From: Eledone cirrhosa
Taxonomy: Eukaryota
DNA: 64,000 nucleotides
Direction: 5' to 3'
Assembly: GCA_964016885.1 (NCBI GenBank)
Contig: OZ024761.1
Span: forward strand, 13,640,001-13,704,000
Below are positions 54,478 through 64,000 of this stretch, one piece after another. The first letter of the stretch is position 1. Each line of letters starts with the position of its first letter. Below the pieces are notes generated by a model. That model saw nothing but the letters and a program-made list of their open reading frames with translations. It made no database searches and was not told the DNA's origin. Position numbers and translations under genes: made by a program.

Positions 54478-55866
54478 CATATACACCCTCTCCTCACCAC
54501 CACCACCACCATCAGCAGTCATATACACCCTCTCCTCACCACCACCACCATCAGCAGTCATATCCACCCTCTCCTCACCACCACCACCATCAGCAGTCAT
54601 ATCCACCCTCTCCTCACCACCACCACCATCAGCAGTCATATCCACCCTCTCCTCCTCACCACCACCACCATCAGCAGTCATATACACCCTCTCCTCACCA
54701 CCACCACCACCATCAGCAGTCATATACACCCTCTCCTCACCACCACCACCATCAGCAGTCATATCCACCCTCTCCTCACCACCACCAGCAGTCATATCCA
54801 CCCTCTCCTCACCACCACCACCATCAGCAGTCATATCCACCCTCTCCTCACCACCACCACCACCAGCAGTCATATCCACCCTCTCCTCACCACCACCACC
54901 ACCAGCAGTCATATCCACCCTCTCCTCACCACCACCACCATCAGCAGTCATATCCACCCTCTCCTCCTCACCACCACCACCATCAGCAGTCATATCCACC
55001 CTCTCCCCACCACCACCACCATCAGCAGTCATATCCACCCTCTCCTCACCACCACCACCATCAGCAGTCATATCCACCCTCTCCTCACCACCACCACCAC
55101 CATCAGCAGTCATATACACCCTCTCCTCACCACCACCACCACCACCAGCAGTCATATCCACCCTCTCCTCACCACCACCACCATCAGCAGTCATATCCAC
55201 CCTCTCCTCCTCACCACCACCACCATCAGCAGTCATATCCACCCTCTCCCCACCACCACCACCATCAGCAGTCATATCCACCCTCTCCTCACCACCACCA
55301 CCATCAGCAGTCATATCCACCCTCTCCTCACCACCACCACCACCATCAGCAGTCATATACACCCTCTCCTCACCACCACCACCACCATCAGCAGTCATAT
55401 CCACCCTCTCCCCACCACCACCACCATCAGCAGTCATATCCACCCTCTCCCCACCACCACCACCACCATCAGCAGTCATATCCACCCTCTCCTCACCACC
55501 ACCACCATCAGCAGTCATATCCACCCTCTCCTCACCACCACCACCACCAGCAGTCATATCCACCCTCTCCTCACCACCACCACCATCAGCAGTCATATAC
55601 ACCCTCTCCTCACCACCACCATCAGCAGTCATATCCACCCTCTCCTCACCACCACCACCATCAGCAGTCATATACACCCTCTCCTCACCACCACCACCAT
55701 CAGCAGTCATATCCACCCTCTCCTCACCACCACCACCATCAGCAGTCATATACACCCTCTCCTCACCACCACCACCATCAGCAGTCATATACACCCTCTC
55801 CTCACCACCACCACCACCATCAGCAGTCATATACACCCTCTCCTCACCACCACCACCATCAGCAGT
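54478..55866. repeat. ~39-bp minisatellite with variable (cac)n
   Basis: cagcagtcatatccaccctctcctcaccaccaccaccat. Confidence 0.9.
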
Positions 55867-56749
55867 GAGAAACTAGGTTAAGGGACAAAATAGATTTAAG
55901 GATGAGATGGGAGAATGGTGGTGGTGGGGATAGGTGTGGGGGGGGGGGTTAGAAGTGGTGGTGGTGGTGGTAGTACTGATGGTGGTGGTGGTAGTAGTGG
56001 TGGTAGTACTGATGGTGATGGTGGTGGTGGTAGTACTGATGGTGGTGGTGGTGGTGGTGGTAATAGTGGTACTGATGGTGATGGTGACAGTGGTGGAGTG
56101 AGTGAGAGTGGAACAAGATGATTGAGGCAGGAAGAGGAAAATAAAAATAACCATCCACCATACCACCAACACCAACCTCTCTTTCTGTAACACACACACA
56201 CACATGGCAGCCCCTACATCCCCCCCTATACCCACCCCCTCCCATCAACTCCCATCCACCACCAACAATTAAAACTAGCACCACATCTCTCCTAAAATAT
56301 GTTATTTATTACAATATCTTCTACTATAAAGGTCACTAGGGCGGTGGATTGACCAGAATCGGTAGAGCGTCAGACACCCTGCTTCGTGGCACAGAATCAC
56401 GGCCCTTTACGGTCTGAGTTCAAATCCCGCTGGGGGGGTTCACTTTGCTTTTCATCCTTACAGGGTCGATAAAATAAAGTACCAGTAATACACTGGAGTT
56501 TGATTTAATCAACTTTCCCCTTACTGGGTTGAGAGGGAGAGGGAGAGATAGAGAGAGAGAGGAAAGAGGAGAGGATAGAGGGGGAGATGATGAGGGAGGG
56601 AGAAAGTTACCAGTTTAAACTAGTAAGACCATGTTCAACCAAGTACTCAATACTTGGGAAAGTAGAGTGTATATACTGTAAATAGTTAGTGCCCGACGAC
56701 CGAACAAATGAGCTCAGCTGTCGGACATTAACTTATTTACAATATACAG

Positions 56750-56988
56750 ATGGATGAATAAATAGATATGTTTCTTTATTAGCCACAGGGGCACAAAAGA
56801 AGGGGACAAATACAAAGGGGGAAGTTTACATACAATAAAAACGTGTAAAATTTTATCACAAATGCAATTTAAAAAATTAGTCGATTTTCCCTAATAGGGG
56901 GAGACAGTTCATATGGGTAACACATACCCCTGAAAAAATGTGCAACCCTCATCTCCAGGAGTACGAAGAGTTTGTACTCCTTTCCTCG
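56750..56988 (-). mobile_element. Third 5'-truncated Tx1-like 3' end
   Basis: tttctttattagccacaggggcacaaaagaaggggacaaatacaaagggg terminus, GATA-like tail. Confidence 0.75.
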
Positions 56989-57388
56989 GATAGATAAATA
57001 GATATCTTTCTTTATTTGCCACAGGGGTTCACAAAAATGGACATTACAAGACATGGCGGCGGGGGTTTTACATAAAATCATTAACAATGATAAATAACAA
57101 TAAACTATATCAAAAATAAAACAATTGAAAATCCCCATTAGGGGGGGGGGGGGGCAATACTGCGGGGTTGTTTTACACCCCGTGGATAGAACAACCCTCA
57201 ACACCAGGAACACGTTTTGTAGGTGTCCCCGTCTTCCCTCTGTTTATCTACAGAGAAGGCCCATTCACCCGGGCCATTTTCGCCACATTCACCCACCTTT
57301 CAGTAAATTTACTGGAGTGCAGTGCCTCTCTCTCCACCCTGATTCTCCTTCTAAAGTGTATCTAAAGAAGGGAATGAGCTGTTGTCCA
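56989..57388 (-). mobile_element. Second 5'-truncated Tx1-like 3' end
   Basis: Shares ORF2-end and 3' UTR motifs (gagaaggcccattcac, tttatttgccacagggg). Confidence 0.8.
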
Positions 57389-57769
57389 GACAGATAGATA
57401 GGTAGGGAGACAGACATATAAAGACAGACAGACAGACAGACAGATATATTTCTTTATTTACCATAAAGGTATAAAAAGAAGGGACAAATACAAAGGGGGA
57501 GTTTACATAAAACCGAGTAAAAAGGGTATAAAATGAAAATAATCAAAAATAACCTCAAAAGGGAGGGGACGTGATGGGGGTTGCACACACCCCCGAAAAA
57601 GTGTGCAATCCTTTGCCCAGGGAGCATATGGAGAAGGTGCTCCCCTCTCCTTCACTTCTTTACCTACAGGATGGTATACAGAGAAGGCCCATTTACACGA
57701 GCCATTCTCGCCACTATCACCCACCTTTCATAAAACTGCCTGTGGCCAAGCACCTCTCTCTCCATTCTT
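57389..57769 (-). mobile_element. 5'-truncated 3' end of a related Tx1-like LINE
   Basis: Homologous to 57830-58200 (ccacctttcataaaa, gagaaggccc, gggacaaatacaaagggggagtttaca). Confidence 0.85.
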
Positions 57770-58154
57770 GATAGACAGACAGACAGATAGATAGGTAGGT
57801 AGGCAGACAGACAGACAGATAGATAGATAGATAGATAAGTTTCTTTTATTTGCCACTAGGGCATCAAAAGTGGGACAAGTACAAAGGGGGGAGTTTACAC
57901 AAAAAGGCGTCCTCAATAAGGAGGAGGCAATAACAAAATATAAAAATAAAATAAGATATAACAAAAAATAAAATTTTTAACAAAATCCTCAATAGAGAGG
58001 AGGTGCCTTGGGGGGTCGCACACACCCCCGAAAAAAGTGTGCAACCCTTTTCCTCAGGAGCACAGAGAGGGGGTGCTCCCTCGTTCCTTCCTCTTTTCCA
58101 CCTACAGGCTTATGTAAAGAGAAGGCCCATTCACACGGGCCATTCTCGCCACTT

Positions 58155-61052
58155 TCACCCACCTTTCATAAAAACGACTGGGGTGCAGCACCTCTCTCTC
58201 CATCCTGATCCTTCTTCCGAAATGATATCGGAAGAAACGGACCAGTTGTTGGCCAGAGAGAAAGGTGCCTGGTAGCACTGCCAGGCCAGGGACTTCTGGA
58301 AGTTGTCCATAGGTCCCGGGCTGAATGTCCTACCGAACAGGCTGGCCAGTTCGTCCTCCTCCATGTCTAGGGCTTCTCCGAGGGCGTCGTCGCACCTGCT
58401 GCGTACCAGCCCTCTATAGAATGTTGCGGTGGAGTCTCCACTGATAACCGGATCCGCCTGCCAGAGGGCGGTGAGCGCCTGGGCACACTCAGTGTGCCAG
58501 GCGCCCAGTTTTCTCGGTCTTTGCTTGACCCAGGATTGCAGCTCGGTGAGTGAGACGAGTCTGGGAAAGGTTCGTCTCACAAACGAGGCCCACACCGGTT
58601 GTCCGGTGAGGAATACGTAGAGGTGCCGTAGCCTTAATGCGTGTTTACGCATCATTAGCCACGGCATCCCCAGCCCTCCTTTCGAAGGGTGTTGACAGCA
58701 GATGGATCTCCTCACCATAGGAGCCCGCCTCTTCCAAAGGAATTGGAAGAGCGCGCGCTCCATCTTGGTGAGGGTTTCCCTTGGGCAGGGCACTACGGTC
58801 AGGCGGTAGTAGATGACGGACGCTATATAAGTGTTCGCCACCTCCGCCCGACCTTTCAGGGATAGTTTGCAACTGGCCCACTTCTGGGTCAGTGCAAACA
58901 CCCTGTTCGTAACCTCCGCCCAGTTTTTCTCCACCTGGAGGTCCGGTCCGAACCAGACCCCGAGCAACTTCACCGGGCCCTCCGTCCAGCGTCCGACGAC
59001 GCCATCAGAGGGCATCGGTCTGCCCCTCCACGTGCCGAGTTGCAAACCGATCGACTTGTCCCGGTTCAGCTTAGCCCCTGTGAACTTTTCGTACTCCTCC
59101 AGTAAGGTGCCGACCGCCTCGATTTCGGAGGCCGTCGACACCATTACTGTCACATCATCGGCGTAGGCTGACACCGCTTTCCGCAATCCCGGTTCCAAAG
59201 GGATGCCCTGCAACAACTCCAACTTCCGCAGTAGTGGCTCGAGAGTCAACACATACAGAAGGGAGGAGAGAGGGCATCCTTGTCGGATGGACCGCGCGAT
59301 TTTGAACGGCTCCGAGAGGTAGCCGTTCACCTTGACCCTAGAGCAGATGCGGCTGCTGTGCATAGCAGTGATCCAGCCCCTGAAAACGGGTCCGAAGCCT
59401 GCCGCCGCTAGCACCGCATCCAGGTAACCATGGTCGACCCTATCGAACGCCTTAGATTGATCCAAGTTGATCAGAGCCCCACCAAAGCCGGGTTCGTTCC
59501 CAACCCTCTCTATGATGTATCGCATGAGGTGGAGGTTGTCATGGATGGACCTGGACGGGATAGCGCATGTCTGCGCATCTCCCACCAGGTTGCCCACGAC
59601 AAGCGCCAACCTCTTTGCTAGCACCTTGGCCAAAATCTGTAACTCTGTATTTAGCAGAGTTATGGGCCTGAAGTTACTTATTTCGTCCCCCTTGTTCTCG
59701 TCCTTCCTCACTAGCGTGACTACGCCCTTGGTCACAGTACAGGGAATTCTCCCGTTCTGTTGCCAGTTGCAGTAGACCGCCTCGAGGAGATCGGGGAACA
59801 AGTCCGGCATAGCTAGATATAATTCGTAAGGAAGACCATCGAGACCCGGGGATTTGCGTTTGCCGCATTGGCTCAGCACGTCCTCTATCTCAGCGGCCGA
59901 AATCGGGTCCTCGCAGGACTTCGCCTCCCTGTCCGAGAGGCGCGGCAGGCCGTCGAGGTATGGACCGAAGTCCACGTTCCCAACCGGCTCCCCGCCCCTC
60001 CCGAACAGTCGGGCAAAGTGCCTTTGAAAGGCCTCACACATCTGCTTAGGCTCAAGAATCGCCCGTCCATCCAGGTCTCGCAAAGACCGGATGGTGGATT
60101 TAGTTCCACTGTTGGCCTCTGTCACGCGGGCCCAGCTAACAGCTTTGGCCCCCTCGTTCCCTAGAGCACGTATTTTACTTCGGACAACGCAGCCTTCGTG
60201 CTTCGCGTCGAAAAACTGGCTCAAAGCCGTTCTCGACGCTAGCACTCTGGCCACGTCGCCGCTTCTAATTGCCTCTTCTACTCTATCTATTAGCTCCCTT
60301 TCCTTCCTATTCCTATCCGCAGCTAGAACCTTACTAAATTCAATCGAGACTACTCTAATCTCTCTCTTTAGAGATACCCACCACCTGCTGTTGACGATCG
60401 CTCCAGTCAACCGTTCCTTAACTAACGTACTAATCCGATTCCTGTAGGCTCTACTTGCCGGCAAGGACAAGTTGAGCTTCCAGTAACCGGGGCCCTGTCC
60501 ATGCGTTCTATCAAGGTTGACCATGCAGGTCACCAACTTGTGGTCTGAATAGCCAACCATGAGCATTTCTGGACAACTTAAAAAGTCCCTGTCCTTATTT
60601 CTAACTAAAAATCTATCTAGGTACGATCTAGATGATCCGCTGCGATTTGACCAAGACCAGGTTGGCACCGTCGGAAAATCTAGTCGAAATCTATCGGCCA
60701 GGTCAAATCGGCCGAGTAACCCCTTGAGGCTGTTGCACCCCTCTCTATCGGGACATGCCCCTGCATAGTCCCAACGTGCATCCAGGATACCATTCCAATC
60801 CCCCACTAAAAGCAGGGAACGGGACGTCCCTAGAAAAGACTCCAGACGCTGGAAAAAGTCGGGCCGCTCTGTCCCAAAAGGGGCACATGCGGCTATCAGC
60901 CTAAAAGCTCTACCTTCACCACTGCCAAGGTCCAGCACCACCAGTCGACCCCCTGGGTCCAAGTGAACTATCTGTGTTGCAAGGCCCATATGTTTTTGCA
61001 GCAGAACGACAACCCCACCCCCACCTCCGGGCTGACAGAGAGATGCGTGCAT
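58155..61052 (-). CDS. LINE ORF2 (APE endonuclease + reverse transcriptase); lacks APE N-terminus and C-terminal zinc finger
   Basis: Motifs GDWN, SYLDRF, SDHK, GPGYWKLN, KSPGLDG, FRPITLLN, LDQSKAFDRVDH, RQGCPLS, AYADD; the WKLN and KGGLG motifs are typical of L1/Tx1. Confidence 0.92.
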   Translation of the reverse strand: MHASLCQPGGGGGVVVLLQKHMGLATQIVHLDPGGRLVVLDLGSGEGRAFRLIAACAPFGTERPDFFQRLESFLGTSRSLLLVGDWNGILDARWDYAGACPDREGCNSLKGLLGRFDLADRFRLDFPTVPTWSWSNRSGSSRSYLDRFLVRNKDRDFLSCPEMLMVGYSDHKLVTCMVNLDRTHGQGPGYWKLNLSLPASRAYRNRISTLVKERLTGAIVNSRWWVSLKREIRVVSIEFSKVLAADRNRKERELIDRVEEAIRSGDVARVLASRTALSQFFDAKHEGCVVRSKIRALGNEGAKAVSWARVTEANSGTKSTIRSLRDLDGRAILEPKQMCEAFQRHFARLFGRGGEPVGNVDFGPYLDGLPRLSDREAKSCEDPISAAEIEDVLSQCGKRKSPGLDGLPYELYLAMPDLFPDLLEAVYCNWQQNGRIPCTVTKGVVTLVRKDENKGDEISNFRPITLLNTELQILAKVLAKRLALVVGNLVGDAQTCAIPSRSIHDNLHLMRYIIERVGNEPGFGGALINLDQSKAFDRVDHGYLDAVLAAAGFGPVFRGWITAMHSSRICSRVKVNGYLSEPFKIARSIRQGCPLSSLLYVLTLEPLLRKLELLQGIPLEPGLRKAVSAYADDVTVMVSTASEIEAVGTLLEEYEKFTGAKLNRDKSIGLQLGTWRGRPMPSDGVVGRWTEGPVKLLGVWFGPDLQVEKNWAEVTNRVFALTQKWASCKLSLKGRAEVANTYIASVIYYRLTVVPCPRETLTKMERALFQFLWKRRAPMVRRSICCQHPSKGGLGMPWLMMRKHALRLRHLYVFLTGQPVWASFVRRTFPRLVSLTELQSWVKQRPRKLGAWHTECAQALTALWQADPVISGDSTATFYRGLVRSRCDDALGEALDMEEDELASLFGRTFSPGPMDNFQKSLAWQCYQAPFSLANNWSVSSDIISEEGSGWRERCCTPVVFMKGG

Positions 61053-61388
61053 CTCAAAGTCGTCAATTTTTTAGGAGGACGCGGTTGATTGGTTTGGCGC
61101 AGGGGGGGGGGGGGGGGGGGGGCCACGTCCTCCGTGAAATTTATTTTCAGTGTTTTGTACAAGTGCATTGGGACTTTTATCATTTTCAAATGAGGTAGTC
61201 CCACAGCAGTTATAAAGTTTGGCCCTTCAGTTTGGACCGAAGGGTTTGCTGAAATTGTTTTCCGTAATTCTTTGTTGTCTGTGTTCATGTATGTGTATTG
61301 TAAGGTCTTTTTTTGTGTAGCAGTTAGTGTTGTGTGACAGGGAGGGGTGGTTTGTGTGTAGTTTGTGTTCTCTTGGGGGGGATTAAAG

Positions 61389-62455
61389 TTAACATGTGTG
61401 TCTGTGGTGCGTCTCCTCTTCTTTCTTTTTACTTGTTGGAAGGGATCTTTTTCGTCTTGCGACGAAAGGTTCGTCTTCCTTGTTGGGTGGGAGGGGTATG
61501 TTTTCTGGTAGTGTTTGCGGTGTGCGTGTTTTTGTATTTGTTTTGGGTGGGGAGGGATTGGGTGGGACAGTATTCTGTGTTATTTTTTCACGTGTTTGTT
61601 GTTGTTGTTGTTGTGGTGGTGGTGGTGGGGTTGTTGGTTTTTGTTGTTGTTGTGGTTGTTTTTGTTGTTGTAGTTGGGGTGGTGTTGGTGTTGGTAGCAG
61701 TGTTTTTTTCTGTGTGAGCTGGGGACAGGCAGCCCTCAGGTGACCTCTATTGCCACAGAGGTAACAGGAGGGACGCCTACCCTCCACAATAATGTTGAGG
61801 TGGGTACGGTCATCCAGCATGACGTGCTCAGGGATTTGGGCGATGCGTTCTGGCCTTATTTGGGTCAGAACTTCGAGGCTCGTTCCACTGAACGCGTCGC
61901 CGGATGCCTTCCCTATTGAGATGAGGTTGTCCTCGTCTAAATTGAGGAAACCGGTTAGTAACCACCAGTAGTTTATGTTTGGGGTGATGGTGGTTATCCA
62001 TATCCTCTGGGTTTTTTTACCCATGTAGGTGGGGAAGAAGGTGTAGTGTGTGGACCGAATTGGCGACACAGAGTATTTTTTTGCCGCCAATTCGTCTTTC
62101 ATCAATATGGATAAACTCCCATAGAGTTTATCCTTTTGTATGAAAGTGATGTCTCTCATCGCGTCTTTCAAGACTAACTGAATTTCCGCTTGAGATGGTT
62201 GCGCTGGTTTCTTTGTTTTATTTAAAATTGTTCGGAATACGACAGTTCGTAATTCCGTCTGTCTTTTTAGCTCCGGAGGTGAATGTATAGAAAACGAACC
62301 GTTTTCGCCAAAAGACACATATTTCTTGGCTTTTTCCAGCATTTCTTTTGCTTTTGAAATATCTTCCAGCACATAAGCGACTGATAATTTAGCCGTTTGT
62401 GCAAAAGATATTTTGTTTTCGTTTTGGATATTAGTATTGTTTTGTTTCTCGTCGT
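61389..62455 (-). CDS. LINE ORF1 (gag-like, CX2CX4HX4C knuckle CYLCGNRGHLRAAC)
   Basis: 327-aa ORF. The frame stays open upstream to the microsatellite junction near 62455 (YDEKQNNTNIQNENKISFAQTAK...). Confidence 0.8.
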
Positions 62456-63020
62456 AGGTAGGTAGGTAGGCAGACAGACAGGCAGATAGATAGGTAGGTA
62501 GGCAGACAGACAGACAGATAGATAGGTAGGTAGGTAGGTAGGCAGACAGACAGACAGATAGATAGGTAGGTAGGTAGGTAGGCAGACAGACAGACAGATA
62601 GATAGGTAGGTAGGCAGACAGACAGATAGATAGATAGGTAGGCAGACAGACAGATAGATAGATAGGTAGGCAGACAGACAGACAGATAGATAGGTAGGTA
62701 GGTAGGCAGACAGACAGATAGATAGATAGGTAGGCAGACAGACAGACAGACAGACAGAGAGATAGGTAGGCAGACAGACAGACAGACAGATAGATAGATA
62801 GGTAGGCAGACAGACAGACAGACAGATAGATAGGTAGGCAGACAGGCAGGCAGACAGACAGATAGATAGGTAGGCAGACAGACAGACAGACAGATAGATA
62901 GGTAGGCAGACAGACAGGCAGACAGACAGATAGGTAGGCAGACAGACAGACAGACAGACAGATAGATAGGTAGGCAGACAGACAGACAGACAGACAGACA
63001 GATGAGCATACAGATAGATA
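62455..63020. repeat. Compound (GATA/GACA/GGTA)n microsatellite at the 5' junction of the LINE
   Basis: Direct inspection. Confidence 0.9.
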
Positions 63021-63475
63021 TTAGGAAATATTATATCAATAGCAGATAAAAAGCAATAATATATTATCCTGAATGGTTCTGACCTTCGCTTCTGTTATGA
63101 CTCAATAACTAACCCCAGATTAGATTGTTTAAATATAATCGAAAAGTGAGTGTTTTACTATATATTGTTTTTTTTCTGGCAATATTAGAACATCATGACT
63201 CTCCCCAAATATAAAAATATAATCACTTATGCCCTTCCACCACCACCACTACCACCACCACACCTCCCTGCTCCTGCCACTACCCCCACCACTCTCCAAG
63301 AATGACCACCACACCCCCTCCCTGCTCAGTTCTGTTTGTTTTCTCTGCTGTCTGTGTTTGGTCTGTAATGATTGGTAAATTCTAGCATTCGATTGATTTT
63401 TCTGATAGTTTAACCCCAGGACCTAATGATCTAGACCACATTTCTAGCCACATGCAATGCTTTATACACACACAC

Positions 63476-63520
<45 letters not shown>

Positions 63521-63899
63521 AATACAGTTGTATATATATAGTAGTGAAAGAGTGAAGAATAACATGGTTGGCTGTACAAAAAGGGTTTTATTTACAGTAT
63601 TTAAGGTCGAGTGACGCAACTTCAAGTGATTAGCAGCCTTTAGACTCACCTGATCAATGAAACAATTGTTAATACTGTAAATAAAACCCTTTTGTACAGC
63701 CGACCATGTTATTCTTCACTCTTTCACTATTATTACTCCAAGAACAACCTACATGAGAATTCTCGTAAACTCACTACCTAACTAAGGAAAGCTCTTGTTG
63801 AGTCAAACAACGCCGTACATTAAAACTATCCATAGTACAGAGTACTCACAACCTTTAACTGGATTACCTAAAATGATAACTTGTTATCCCATATATATA

Positions 63900-64000
63900 T
63901 CATCATCATCATCATCATTTTACATCCGCTTTTCCCTGCTTGCAAAGGTGGGACGGGAACTGATTCTGGCTTGATTTCTACAGCTGGATGCCCTTCCTAA
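63900..64000 (-). mobile_element. SINE family A 3' end (runs off the window)
   Basis: (cat)n + ttttccctgcttgcaa...ggatgcccttcctaa. Confidence 0.75.

Larger units (their letters stand above)
57770..62455 (-). mobile_element. Tx1/L1-clade non-LTR retrotransposon, internally deleted
   Basis: ORF1 with CCHC knuckle, ORF2 with APE and RT domains, 3' UTR with AATAAA followed by (TATC/TGTC)n. Confidence 0.9.

Noticed and set aside
53050-55868. 928-aa and 751-aa ORFs (the His/Pro/Ser repeat resembles extensin)
   Set aside because: Open on both strands purely from mini- and microsatellites; no splice or homology support.
63595-63680. Hammerhead in the 17.5/63.6 kb repeat (GAAACAATTGTT)
   Set aside because: No properly placed CUGANGA core.
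45000-64000. GIT first coding exon (CADC motif)
   Set aside because: No matching exon found by eye; presumably beyond the window.

Overview
Eukaryotic, repeat-dense genomic DNA. The SINE/RTE/Penelope/microsatellite make-up suggests a cephalopod such as Octopus; this is an inference. The window holds most of one intron-rich minus-strand gene, a GIT-family ARF GTPase-activating protein (GIT1/GIT2 homologue). Fourteen phase-consistent coding exons were reconstructed between 44914 and 3500 (ArfGAP, ankyrin, Spa2-homology, coiled coil). There are also two candidate in-frame cassette exons and an alternative donor. Exon 1 and the C-terminal paxillin-binding exons were not found and probably lie outside the window. 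Introns contain a large Tx1/L1-clade LINE stacked head-to-tail on three further related 3' ends inside (GATA/GACA)n repeats, RTE LINEs (one with a PHD-like finger), two tRNA-SINE families, TTAA MITEs, Helitrons, mariner and hAT remnants, Penelope-like palindromes with hammerhead-like motifs, and several satellites amplified from internal TE segments. Almost all long ORFs in the supplied track are microsatellite artefacts.
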